Source: an uncultured Acidiferrobacterales bacterium (GTDB taxonomy: Bacteria; Pseudomonadota; Gammaproteobacteria; Acidiferrobacterales; UBA6901). From it: a stretch of DNA of 54,222 nucleotides. The position numbers and the translations under genes were made by a program. Positions 28,539 to 37,685 of this stretch are shown here, one piece after another. The stretch lies in assembly GCA_964355495.1 (NCBI GenBank), contig CAYHES010000001.1:1-54222 (forward strand), in the 5' to 3' direction. Position 1 is the stretch's first letter. The number at the start of each line of letters is the position of its first letter. Under the pieces are notes generated by a model. The model made no database searches and was not told the origin of the DNA. It saw only the letters and a program-made list of their open reading frames with translations.

Positions 28539-30437
28539 TTAATTTGCCGGCATACTGAATTGGTCCATGATCACGCCATTGAGATTGTAGGTGGTGGAGT
28601 TCAGGGTGGAACCAGATATGATTACCTGGGTAAAACCATAACGTTCTGTGACCGCAGGGGTAGTGGGAAGCCCAGTACACTCTGCACCGCCCCCGCTGAA
28701 CAGTACCGCTGCGTTGTTACGGGATGCCACAAAATCATAACCGTCCCCGTAGCTGGAGACATAGTTGGTGTATTTGGCCGATCCAAACAGTGCGCTAGGA
28801 TCGGCTTGGCAATCATGCATATCCGCCCCCCCGATGCCAGTCAGGACATATATGATACCGGCGCTGGAATCAACGACATTATTGGAACCGTCGCGGATTA
28901 TTTTCCCACCGCTATCCACACGCAGGCGCTTGCTACGTTGGTAAGCGTGATCGTGGCCAAACATGACCAGTTGAACGCCCCGGTTTTGTAGGATTGGCGC
29001 AAGCTGTTGACGCATTTTTCTATTTTCTCCAATGTCACCCCAAGTTCCGTGGTTAGCATTGGAAAATATTGTGCGGTGCAAGAACACCAGACGCCATGTC
29101 TTGGTTGTGGCCGCCAAGTCAGCGTCCAACCAAGACAGCATTTGTGCGAGCCTGGTGGCAGTCGCGTCACCAGAAAACTTTTCGGAGTCAATGACGACTA
29201 AATGCGCATTCCCGGAATCAAAACTGTAGTAACGCTCAGCATCCTCGCTCGGCGCGCCAGAAGGAACCGGTAGCGAGAAAGAGCTGAGATAACCAGTGGG
29301 GGTACTGGTTGATGAATTGCCGTATTCATGGTTTCCGAGTACGGGGAAGAAGGGACGGGTAGCCAGGATGCTGTTCAGGCCTGCGCCATCATTTTTTCCA
29401 CTCAGCTGCCCAAAGAAATTCTGGTCAAACTCAGTATATGTCCCGCTGTAATACGCAATGTCGCCCACGCCTACGATAAAATCATGTGCATAGATATAAT
29501 TCCCGCTACCGTCCTTGCTGGCTATGGCATCACGCACCTGGCGTGGAGTGCTGTATTCAATACCAGAATCACCGATGACGATAAACTGGGTTGTGGCATT
29601 GCTTGCTTCTTTCATGGTTGTGAAGCCGACGTTCCTCGCCAGAACGGTACCATCATGTATTACGTTATAGGTATAACTCGTGTTTGGCAGGAGACCCGTG
29701 AGCGTGACTTCGTGTTGATAAAAGTTTGCACCAAGGCCGGTGGTGGCGCCGCTGTACAGCTGTTCACTGCAGGTGGGTTGCGTGGTCCAGACCGTATCTG
29801 AGGACAGCTTGTATTGCACCTCGCAGGTACCGGAAGTTGTCGTTGCCCAGAGAATCTTCATCCGGTTCGCTGAATCCGTTTGCAGGTAGGGATAGCGAGA
29901 AAGCAGGCTGGCCCCGCTTGCGGTGGGAATTTCTGTTGTGCTCCCACCTCCGCCGCCCCCCGCACTATAACTAATCGAAATCGTGTCGGTCCTGGTGTTA
30001 TTCGCCGCGTCCCGCGCCGTGACCGTAATGACATTGGTGCCGCTCTGCAGGGCAATGCTGCCCACGCTCCAGCTTGTGGTGCCACTGGCGGTGCCGCTAC
30101 CACCCAGATTGTTGGACCAACTAACCTGTGTGACACCGACATTGTCCGAGGCCGTGCCGGCCAGGGTGGTGAGGCTGGCGCTACTGCTGGTGTAGGTGGT
30201 GGACGATGTGGGGCCGGAGATGGTGATGTTGGGGGCTGTGGTGTCGCTGCCGCTACCACCACCGCTACCACCACCGCCGCTTGGAGGAGGGGCTGTTCCC
30301 GTGTCGCCGGAATTCGCACTAATCGTGTCGCCTGCGCTACAGGCATGCAGAAATAGTGTGGATAGCAGCACCATCGCAATGAGTCGAAGCTGGTCTGTCC
30401 AAGAAGGATGCTTTTTCAGGTATAGTGCGCTGGGCAT
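28539..30437 (-). CDS. Lipoprotein: Gly/Ser linker plus Ig-like domain plus purple-acid-phosphatase-like metallophosphoesterase (paralog of 25221-27065)
   Basis: The lipobox is LFLHAC. Metallophosphoesterase motifs present: IVIGDSG, GDIAYYSG, GNHEY and GHDHAYQRS. An AAGGA ribosome-binding site 6 nt upstream favours ATG 30437; the longest ORF reaches 30542. Confidence 0.75.
   Translation of the reverse strand: MPSALYLKKHPSWTDQLRLIAMVLLSTLFLHACSAGDTISANSGDTGTAPPPSGGGGSGGGSGSDTTAPNITISGPTSSTTYTSSSASLTTLAGTASDNVGVTQVSWSNNLGGSGTASGTTSWSVGSIALQSGTNVITVTARDAANNTRTDTISISYSAGGGGGGSTTEIPTASGASLLSRYPYLQTDSANRMKILWATTTSGTCEVQYKLSSDTVWTTQPTCSEQLYSGATTGLGANFYQHEVTLTGLLPNTSYTYNVIHDGTVLARNVGFTTMKEASNATTQFIVIGDSGIEYSTPRQVRDAIASKDGSGNYIYAHDFIVGVGDIAYYSGTYTEFDQNFFGQLSGKNDGAGLNSILATRPFFPVLGNHEYGNSSTSTPTGYLSSFSLPVPSGAPSEDAERYYSFDSGNAHLVVIDSEKFSGDATATRLAQMLSWLDADLAATTKTWRLVFLHRTIFSNANHGTWGDIGENRKMRQQLAPILQNRGVQLVMFGHDHAYQRSKRLRVDSGGKIIRDGSNNVVDSSAGIIYVLTGIGGADMHDCQADPSALFGSAKYTNYVSSYGDGYDFVASRNNAAVLFSGGGAECTGLPTTPAVTERYGFTQVIISGSTLNSTTYNLNGVIMDQFSMPAN
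29940..30384. repeat. 445-bp direct repeat, copy A (5' coding module of the phosphoesterase gene)
   Basis: It appears identical to 31798-32242 at a constant offset of 1858 nt. All overlapping ORF translations in three frames are letter-identical across it. The flanks diverge immediately at both ends. Confidence 0.9.
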
Positions 30438-30513
30438 GGCTGGTCCTTTAGCTTTCGTGGTTTTCATATGCTTCTGGCTATGCCTGATGCAGGCGGGATA
30501 ACTGTTCGCGGCA

Positions 30514-32310
30514 CTACTGTACAAGCAGATCCGCAAGTTCATTAATGTAGTCTTCGATGGCTGTATACCCTGATGGCATCACGGTATTGTGGTCGTCCAC
30601 GTACGGACTTAGCCCGTGCGCGGATTCCCAGGCGTCCGCCATGCCGTCGTTGTCAGCATCCACAGGCGCGCTCCCTGGCGTCAGGCCGGTCATCAGACCT
30701 GTGATCGTTGGAACTGCGGCACCCCAGCTACCGGTACGATCAAGGGTATCCTGAACAGATTTGTTGGTGACGATGTCACGCGGCCAGGCGCCTGCCTTGT
30801 TAAGCACGGTGTTGTAGGCCGATGTCGCCGTTTCAGTCGTTACCGCAACGTACCCGGTGTAGGTCGAGAAATCGTGTTCCGTGGCAACTCGATACGGGCT
30901 CTCGGGTAGACCCAAACTTCCGAACGTCGGATGTAATAGCGGGGTGGCCCAGGGATTACCCACAACACCTACGTAGTCGCCCGGGTCGTCGATGTAGTTA
31001 TCGCGCAGGTAGTAGCGCAGATCAGGTGCTACGCCGCCATTTTCATCGTCAAAATAGAACGGATACAACGCAGCACTCGGACCCTGTTTGTAATAGTTGC
31101 CGATGATATTGAAATGCCCAGATGCAGGATTGTGGTGAATGAATCCGTGCCGCACGTTGTAAGAAACGTTGTTGCGGATGTCCGCCGGACCGTTGGCGAT
31201 CGCCGGATTGCGATCGCTGTTGTGCGCAAACAAGTTGTGGTGGACGGAAATGCGCCAGCCATCTGGCCCGTTGAGCAACCCAAAATTATGGCCCGACGCA
31301 CCGAGAGTGGAGCTCTGCTCAATTGTCGAATACTGGACGGTCACATCGTCCGCCTCGTACAGGTCGAATGTCTCATCCGCGCCAAACGCAACCGAGATGT
31401 GATCAAAAATTGCGAGACGGTTGAGAGAAAACTGCATCCCGTCATAGTCGCTCGAGGCGCCCTCTGCGGCGCTATAGGCCCTCGGACGTATCCGCACATG
31501 ACGAATGATAATGTTGTCGATGCCAGTGCTGTAGTTGCTATACAGACGTCCGCGTATCGTGATGCCTCCACCCGGCGCTGTTTGACCGGCAATCGTCAAG
31601 TTACCGTGTGGTATGTAAATATCGCTATCGATAACCCCGCTGACTGCGAAGACCACGATGCGCGGCACTGTCAAGTTAAGCGCAGCTTGCAGGCTGCCAG
31701 TGCCACTGGCATTCAAGTTGGTCACTTTCACGACTTGACCGCCACGACCGCCTGTAGCGGACGCGCCGAAACCTTCTGCGCCAGGGAAGGCCCTCACGCT
31801 CCCACCTCCGCCGCCCCCCGCACTATAACTAATCGAAATCGTGTCGGTCCTGGTGTTATTCGCCGCGTCCCGCGCCGTGACCGTAATGACATTGGTGCCG
31901 CTCTGCAGGGCAATGCTGCCCACGCTCCAGCTTGTGGTGCCACTGGCGGTGCCGCTACCACCCAGATTGTTGGACCAACTAACCTGTGTGACACCGACAT
32001 TGTCCGAGGCCGTGCCGGCCAGGGTGGTGAGGCTGGCGCTACTGCTGGTGTAGGTGGTGGACGATGTGGGGCCGGAGATGGTGATGTTGGGGGCTGTGGT
32101 GTCGCTGCCGCTACCACCACCGCTACCACCACCGCCGCTTGGAGGAGGGGCTGTTCCCGTGTCGCCGGAATTCGCACTAATCGTGTCGCCTGCGCTACAG
32201 GCATGCAGAAATAGTGTGGATAGCAGCACCATCGCAATGAGTGCGGTACGTGAAAAGTTATGCAGGCTCGCGTCGAGGTTACTCGGTGAGTGGACAGGCT
32301 CCATAATCAT
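30514..32310 (-). CDS. Lipoprotein: the same Gly/Ser linker and Ig-like module plus a pectate-lyase-like (PL1-type) beta-helix domain
   Basis: Contains FPGAEGFGASATGGRGGQVVKVTNLNASGTGSLQAAL and IIIRHVRIRPR, with a C-terminal DADNDGMADAWE. The start is placed at about 32310 from GGAG spacing; the longest ORF reaches 32493. Confidence 0.7.
   Translation of the reverse strand: MIMEPVHSPSNLDASLHNFSRTALIAMVLLSTLFLHACSAGDTISANSGDTGTAPPPSGGGGSGGGSGSDTTAPNITISGPTSSTTYTSSSASLTTLAGTASDNVGVTQVSWSNNLGGSGTASGTTSWSVGSIALQSGTNVITVTARDAANNTRTDTISISYSAGGGGGGSVRAFPGAEGFGASATGGRGGQVVKVTNLNASGTGSLQAALNLTVPRIVVFAVSGVIDSDIYIPHGNLTIAGQTAPGGGITIRGRLYSNYSTGIDNIIIRHVRIRPRAYSAAEGASSDYDGMQFSLNRLAIFDHISVAFGADETFDLYEADDVTVQYSTIEQSSTLGASGHNFGLLNGPDGWRISVHHNLFAHNSDRNPAIANGPADIRNNVSYNVRHGFIHHNPASGHFNIIGNYYKQGPSAALYPFYFDDENGGVAPDLRYYLRDNYIDDPGDYVGVVGNPWATPLLHPTFGSLGLPESPYRVATEHDFSTYTGYVAVTTETATSAYNTVLNKAGAWPRDIVTNKSVQDTLDRTGSWGAAVPTITGLMTGLTPGSAPVDADNDGMADAWESAHGLSPYVDDHNTVMPSGYTAIEDYINELADLLVQ
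31798..32242. repeat. 445-bp direct repeat, copy B (5' coding module of the pectate-lyase-like gene)
   Basis: See copy A. The repeat encodes IAMVLLSTLFLHACSAGD...GGGGSGGGSGS...Ig-like domain...SAGGGGGGS. Confidence 0.9.
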
Positions 32311-32579
32311 ATACATTCTCCGTTCGCGATCGTGCTGCGGCATCAATTTCTCCAGATTCCCAAGAATTATTTCTAAATTAAGGGGTAGTGAATTACGTTT
32401 GGACTTTGATTTTATATGAAAAATAGCATGATCAATCAGGCGACGTAGCGAAAACATGACTTGTGGGGTATGCATGCTGACAAGTGGCGGCATAGTTTCA
32501 TTGGTTAAGAATCAACTGCGACAACTGACCGTTCATCCGCTAGAATAAGCCGTGTTTCGGTAGCCTGAGTATTCTGCCC

Positions 32580-33359
32580 ATGCGTTCGGTTGCGACAGAA
32601 CTTCTGCATCTGTTCCTCTCAATTCCATTGATCATAATACTTGCCTTGGCCGTGCTGACGCTGATGGCGTTTCGTGAGCACGCAGCGGTGGGCCTGCGTC
32701 GTTGGCGTTTTATCCTGCCTTTGTTTGCATTTGCTGTATATCTGGTGAGCGCGCCGGTGGTGTCGAATACTGCGGTGCGCTGGATCGAGTCTGGCTATGC
32801 GGTGCCCAGGCAGGCCGAGACGGTGACGCCCAAGAAGCCTGTTATTCTGGTATTGACGGCAGGCTGGTTGCGCACGACGGAGCGGGGCTATGAATTAAAA
32901 CTATCCGAAGCTGGTTGGGAGCGCACCCATGCTGCGGTGCTGTTGTGGAAACGCCATGGCGGGATCTTAGTGTTTTCTGGTGCACCGACACCGGATGGGA
33001 ACGATTCAGCCGCTGCCGGCATGGCGCGTGTGGCACAACAACTGGGCGTACCAGCAACCGCAATCAAGATCGAGCCGGCATCACTCAACACGTATGAAAA
33101 CTTCCTATTCTCAAAACCGTTACTCGATCAGCACGGGGGTGAAATCTGGCTGGTCACCAGCGCGCTACACATGCCGCGCGCAATGGCGGTGTCTAAGAAG
33201 GTGGGGGTATCTGCGATCGCCTATCCGTGTGATTTTCACGGCGAGGAGCGTCTCAATTGGCGGCTCTGGTTACCCAGCAATGCCGGACCGGCTATGCTGG
33301 AAGAAGCACTACACGAATTGTTGGGCATCCTGCAATACCGTCTGCGCGGATGGGCCTGA
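32580..33359 (+). CDS. YdcF/ElyC-family (DUF218) protein
   Basis: It has N-terminal transmembrane segments, then VILVLTAG, LVFSGA, NTYENF and WLVTSALHMPRA. Confidence 0.75.
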   Translation: MRSVATELLHLFLSIPLIIILALAVLTLMAFREHAAVGLRRWRFILPLFAFAVYLVSAPVVSNTAVRWIESGYAVPRQAETVTPKKPVILVLTAGWLRTTERGYELKLSEAGWERTHAAVLLWKRHGGILVFSGAPTPDGNDSAAAGMARVAQQLGVPATAIKIEPASLNTYENFLFSKPLLDQHGGEIWLVTSALHMPRAMAVSKKVGVSAIAYPCDFHGEERLNWRLWLPSNAGPAMLEEALHELLGILQYRLRGWA

Positions 33360-33521
33360 AGTTATGGCTTTCCTGGTTATCGCCACCACGTGGATAGTCT
33401 GTCAGGGGTCGACTTCTAATATCCGCATCACGCTAGTGAAGCAGCTATTTTTGACCACTCAGTACACAGATAGCATAGACGGCGATAATTAGAGATTGCA
33501 GTGTGGATCACGGCAGTTGTT

Positions 33522-34541
33522 TTACGAAGATGCGCGAGCGCGGTACCGCTGGCGAATATATCGCATTGCAGGTACTTCAATGTACCTTGTTACCATCGTG
33601 GCAAGCGCAAACGATATCAATGCGGCAACCAGGATACAGATATTGATATCGATGTTGTGAGTGGTGAGTTGTCTTATTACAACAAATCCAATGTTCTCGT
33701 GAAGGAGATATAGTGGATACGATATTGCCCCGAGGAACAATAAAGGTTTATTTTTTAGAAACTGTAGTTTCTCGTTGATGAACAAGTGAAATAGCATGGT
33801 GAAAGAAAGGCAAGCGATGGTTGCTGTTAAGTCTTTCGAGAATGCGATGACAACGACGCTGGCAATTATCACCAGCAGACTGCTTGGTGTGTAGGATAAG
33901 TTCTTTCGGCGATGATAAAATACAATACCTAAAGCAAAGTAAGGAATATTCTTCAGGTTGAGTAGTGTCTCGACTGTGTAGGGAATCCGTAGCCCAGTAT
34001 AGTATTCCAATGTGATGCCGATGGCCGCGATGGAAAGCCATACTAATAGTATAGACAATATTCTGTGTAGTTGGGCAGTTACGAACAATATAAGCATCGA
34101 CATGTAGAATATGATTTCAACAAACAGGGTCCAATAGACGCCGTCTATGTCCTTGATAAGGAATAATTGCTGAAGCATGGTCATATTGACGAAAATCTGG
34201 ATCGCCGTTGGCTCCTTCCCTGGAAGCCCCAGCAACAAGATACTGCCGGTTGTAAGCAGCACACATATCCAATAGGCATGGTATAATCGCGAAAATCGTG
34301 AGACGATGAAGTCGAGCGGACGATTTGTTTTATCGAGCGTCAGGAAGATGACAAACCCGCTGATCATGAAGAATAGCTGCACCCCAAGGTACTCATACTC
34401 ATAGGGGACAGTTGCGAGCGGACGCCCAATATATTCGTACTGGGACTCATAGCGAGACGTGTAGTGAAACAGAAGGACCGCTACTGCGGCTAGGCCTCGC
34501 AGTGCGTCTAGCTCTTGAAGTCTGTTACGGTTGAATTCCAT
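33522..34541 (-). CDS. Acyltransferase family 3 (OafA-like) membrane protein
   Basis: Contains LDALRGLAAVAVLLFHY. It is polytopic and the gene is AT-rich. Confidence 0.8.
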   Translation of the reverse strand: MEFNRNRLQELDALRGLAAVAVLLFHYTSRYESQYEYIGRPLATVPYEYEYLGVQLFFMISGFVIFLTLDKTNRPLDFIVSRFSRLYHAYWICVLLTTGSILLLGLPGKEPTAIQIFVNMTMLQQLFLIKDIDGVYWTLFVEIIFYMSMLILFVTAQLHRILSILLVWLSIAAIGITLEYYTGLRIPYTVETLLNLKNIPYFALGIVFYHRRKNLSYTPSSLLVIIASVVVIAFSKDLTATIACLSFTMLFHLFINEKLQFLKNKPLLFLGAISYPLYLLHENIGFVVIRQLTTHNIDINICILVAALISFALATMVTRYIEVPAMRYIRQRYRARASS

Positions 34542-34750
34542 CTTTATATCAAACTGCAAGATGTCGCTTGATGTTGGACAAAAACTATTGATTACTAATC
34601 ATAGAATATCGTGTAGCTCAACAATATATATCCTTCCTCTTTGGCTCTAGTCAATCAAATTGATTAAGTCAGGCAGGGTGACAGGTCACGGAATGCGGCC
34701 TCCAGATATTGCCGCACGACTGAACTATTCTACCCCAACATGAGGCATGA

Positions 34751-35899
34751 ATGACTAAACCGCAACGAATCTACTACGCCGATGCCATGCGGAGTATTTT
34801 GATGCTATTAGGCGTCGTAGTGCACTCTTCGTATGTTTATAACACCAGCACCAACTGGACTATTCACGATGCTCAAGTTTCGCCATTTTTCGATGTGATA
34901 ATTGGTTTCCTCTCGATGTTTCGAATGCCGGCATTTTTTCTCATATCCGGCTTCTTTTGTCATATGACGTTAACCCGCTATGGTGTGCTACGCTTTCTAA
35001 AAGTTCGTTTAAAACGAATTGCGGTACCGTTGATCACGACAGCGATCATCGTGAATGGCATACAAAATTACATATTGGAGCGGTACCACGATGGGCATCG
35101 AGACGCCATCGAGTTGCTCCTAAGCGCGTCGTATTGGCTCGGTGGCAAGTGGGTGTCTCATTTATGGTTTCTGAACGACCTGCTTGTCTTCTTTTTGGTC
35201 GTTGCGATTGTCTATGCCTTGCTGAATCGCCCGCACGGATGGCTGGGGCTGCGGTCGCTGAAATGGTTGGCCACCAGCGGACTTTATGTGTTGCTCTTAC
35301 CTGCGATTTTGCTTGTCGCCGATTTTATCGGTAATCGGTTTCCCCTTGTGATTACGGAGGCCGCACCGTTTCTTGATTTCTCCGAATTGACCCACTACGG
35401 AGTGTTCTTTACGTTTGGTTTCCTTATGGGCGCCTACCCCAAGCTGATGGACGACTTTCCGAATCCCCGGATTTGGGCTTTGATGCTAATGTGTTTTTTC
35501 ATCCTGCTAAAGCTAGTTTTCGAGGCCGATCAGTATCATGGCATCGGCGCAAAAATGGTGTTCCATTATTTTGATGCGTATATCAGCTGGCACCTGTGCA
35601 TAATATGCTTTTACCTATTTAGAAAGTATTTCAATTCGGCATCGAAACAATTTGCGTACTTGTCTGACGCCTCGTATTCGATTTATTTATTCCATCATAT
35701 TTTGGTCGTTGTCATAGGGATAGCTTTGATTCCGCTAACTTTCAACATATACCTCAAGTTCTTCACGCTAATGCTGACCGCCGGGGCTATCAGTCTTGCA
35801 ATACACCATTTCGGAGTGCTGCGCTCACCGGTGTTGCGGTTATTATTCAACGGCAAAACACCCATGGAATCCGATAAGTCAATCAAAGCCTACTCATGA
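34751..35899 (+). CDS. Acyltransferase family 3 (OpgC-like) membrane protein
   Basis: Contains RIYYADAMRSILMLLGVVVHS. It is polytopic. Confidence 0.75.
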   Translation: MTKPQRIYYADAMRSILMLLGVVVHSSYVYNTSTNWTIHDAQVSPFFDVIIGFLSMFRMPAFFLISGFFCHMTLTRYGVLRFLKVRLKRIAVPLITTAIIVNGIQNYILERYHDGHRDAIELLLSASYWLGGKWVSHLWFLNDLLVFFLVVAIVYALLNRPHGWLGLRSLKWLATSGLYVLLLPAILLVADFIGNRFPLVITEAAPFLDFSELTHYGVFFTFGFLMGAYPKLMDDFPNPRIWALMLMCFFILLKLVFEADQYHGIGAKMVFHYFDAYISWHLCIICFYLFRKYFNSASKQFAYLSDASYSIYLFHHILVVVIGIALIPLTFNIYLKFFTLMLTAGAISLAIHHFGVLRSPVLRLLFNGKTPMESDKSIKAYS

Positions 35900-36127
35900 A
35901 CGTCATTCATTTTTCCATCGAGACCTCCTAACCGGCCGGCGCAGAGAAAATGATTATCAACCTCGCCGATTCCCTGGATAAGGACCTCATATCGATCTGT
36001 TCTCTGTCTTCTCTAGGATGATTGGTTTGCCGATGACTCACGCCGGCGCGGTTATCAGACCTACATCATTCCGCGCGAACGCGCCGTCGATATAAGCTGG
36101 GTTCGTCACGACGTCACCCCATCTTGA
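35896..36127 (+). pseudogene. 5' remnant of a GT4 glycosyltransferase gene (in-frame stop, frameshift, truncated)
   Basis: There is an ATGA overlap with the preceding gene. The reading is MNVIHFSIETS, then TAA, then PAGAEKMIINLADSLDKDLISICSLSSLG, then a frame change to DDWFADDSRRRGYQTYIIPRERAVDISWVRHD. This matches the usual GT4 N-terminus (a GGAE-containing loop and a Rossmann beta-alpha start). Only about 75 codons remain. Confidence 0.6.
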
Positions 36128-36184
36128 GTAGCAGTCACGTTTAGAGTCCGGTGTGACCGAATCAAGAACCGGGTTACGCCAATC

Positions 36185-37105
36185 CTACTTCTGAACTTTC
36201 AGTGGATTAAGAGAAGATTCTTCCCAGCCCGTGACCACGTCACCGCTGAAAAGAATGCGCGATGATCCATACGCCCATTCTCGCTCGGTCTGGCGCCAAG
36301 GTGTCCCCTGTATGGTTCTGACCTCGGCCTTGGTCGAGCCGCGTTGAATGAAGGCTTTCCCGGTGGATACAGGATCGATCTCAAGGCTTGCGTTAAGCGG
36401 GTTGTCCGGATGGCTGTCCCAGCGGGAGACGCTGCCATTAACGAAGTACACACGCGATTTTCCGTAATGCCAGACTCCATTCTCGGTTGTTGAGGGGATT
36501 CCCTGAATCGCGTAAACCTCGCCAAGCTTTGATCCGCGCGTAAAGAATCGATCTGCGGGATGTGGCGTTACTTTGTCGCCAGGCTCCGGTCGTGGCACAT
36601 CCTGCACCGCGATATTCGGCAATGTGCCGATATCAAGACCATGTTCGACCGGATCATTCAGAAACCAGAAATAGAGCAGTAAGGTAATAACGGTCAGAAT
36701 TGCGATCGTCTTCCATTGAGTGGGTTCGACCGGGATTGATGTTGAGCTGCGAGTATGGCTATGACTCTGAATATTCGTGGCTGTTACGTCGGCTGCGGTC
36801 GCTTGGCCTGTATGCTCGGGCGGTGTTTTTGTTTCTGGCGGTTTTGCCTGGGCAGCTGGTGCAGGCGTTGGTTTGGTGGGCGTCGAACCGTGTTTCCGAT
36901 AGTAGTCAGCCAAGGTTTTGTATGCCCTGGTGATCTCCATGGTTCTTTCTTCAGCAATTTTTCGGTTGTTACTGTCGTGTTGGAAGTGATCCGGATGCCA
37001 TTTCTTGATCAAAGCCTTATATGCACCACGAATATCACCCCAACTTGAACCGGCCTGGAGGCCAAGGGCAGCATAACTGCGTGTATATCGCTCATCCATT
37101 GTCAA
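36185..37105 (-). CDS. J-domain (DnaJ-like) membrane protein with two tandem BamE/SmpA-OmlA-like C-terminal repeats
   Basis: The J domain reads YAALGLQAGSSWGDIRGAYKALIKKWHPDHF. A Pro-rich linker and a transmembrane segment (WKTIAILTVITLLLYFWF) follow. Two repeats then fit RGS..EV..IQG.P....W.YG.SR..F....V..W....NPL. Confidence 0.75.
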   Translation of the reverse strand: MTMDERYTRSYAALGLQAGSSWGDIRGAYKALIKKWHPDHFQHDSNNRKIAEERTMEITRAYKTLADYYRKHGSTPTKPTPAPAAQAKPPETKTPPEHTGQATAADVTATNIQSHSHTRSSTSIPVEPTQWKTIAILTVITLLLYFWFLNDPVEHGLDIGTLPNIAVQDVPRPEPGDKVTPHPADRFFTRGSKLGEVYAIQGIPSTTENGVWHYGKSRVYFVNGSVSRWDSHPDNPLNASLEIDPVSTGKAFIQRGSTKAEVRTIQGTPWRQTEREWAYGSSRILFSGDVVTGWEESSLNPLKVQK

Positions 37106-37685
37106 TACTTAGATCGTAAAGGTTTTTATATGATTATGCCTCCCGCCCAATGACGTGCCATCCGATTGCTGGGCTAGATTAGCCGTTTCTGAAGAATCTT
37201 TAAATCTGCGTTTAGAGTCAGTTCGCGACAGAACTATGCGGCCAGATGTTGAAAAGTTCAGGCCGGGACATGCTGTAGACAGGCAGCATTCTAAGAGGAA
37301 GTTATACTAACTTGTTAATATAAAAAGAGTTATACAACCAATTATGTGACCGTACACAGAGATGTGGGTGCGACAGGTATTGGCAGTTATTGACTAGATC
37401 GGCAGCGTTTGGAAACAAATTCTTGAAAAGAAATCACATGTAATTTAAGGTGTTGCCGTTGCGAATGGGTTGAGCACAAGGAAAAACTGCCGCAAGGAGT
37501 TATGTGCTGACCATGAGCCGCTTGTTACGTCTAGGCATGGGGTATAACCGCACGGCACAGAATCGCGACTGCAGGCATTGCTTTGCAGTATAGGCGAACC
37601 TGCTCGTTTGCAACCCCAAGGTGGGATCAAGCGTGTGTTTGGTGCTGTGTTTATTGAATACTTTTCGACAAGATGCGAGGAAGAA

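Noticed and set aside
30240-30295. Short periodic ggtggt/accacc repeats that look like a microsatellite or spacer-less array. The same sequence occurs at 32098-32153.
   Set aside because: They encode the GGGGSGGGSGS linker within the shared lipoprotein module. This is a coding low-complexity region, not a CRISPR array or VNTR.
31114-32214. A 366-aa ORF on the + strand, and similar long ORFs opposite known genes (for example 23265-24008, 19052-19714, 43241-43876, 47564-48271, 53013-53705 and 53524-54210).
   Set aside because: Each lies antisense to a gene with clear family motifs. Their translations are Arg/Ala/Pro/Gly-rich and of low complexity, as expected for shadow ORFs in GC-rich coding DNA.
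37572-37587. A sigma-54-like element, aGGcattgctttGCa, about 100 nt upstream of the export operon.
   Set aside because: The GG-to-GC spacing is one nucleotide shorter than the strictly conserved -24/-12 spacing, and TGGCAC is poorly matched.
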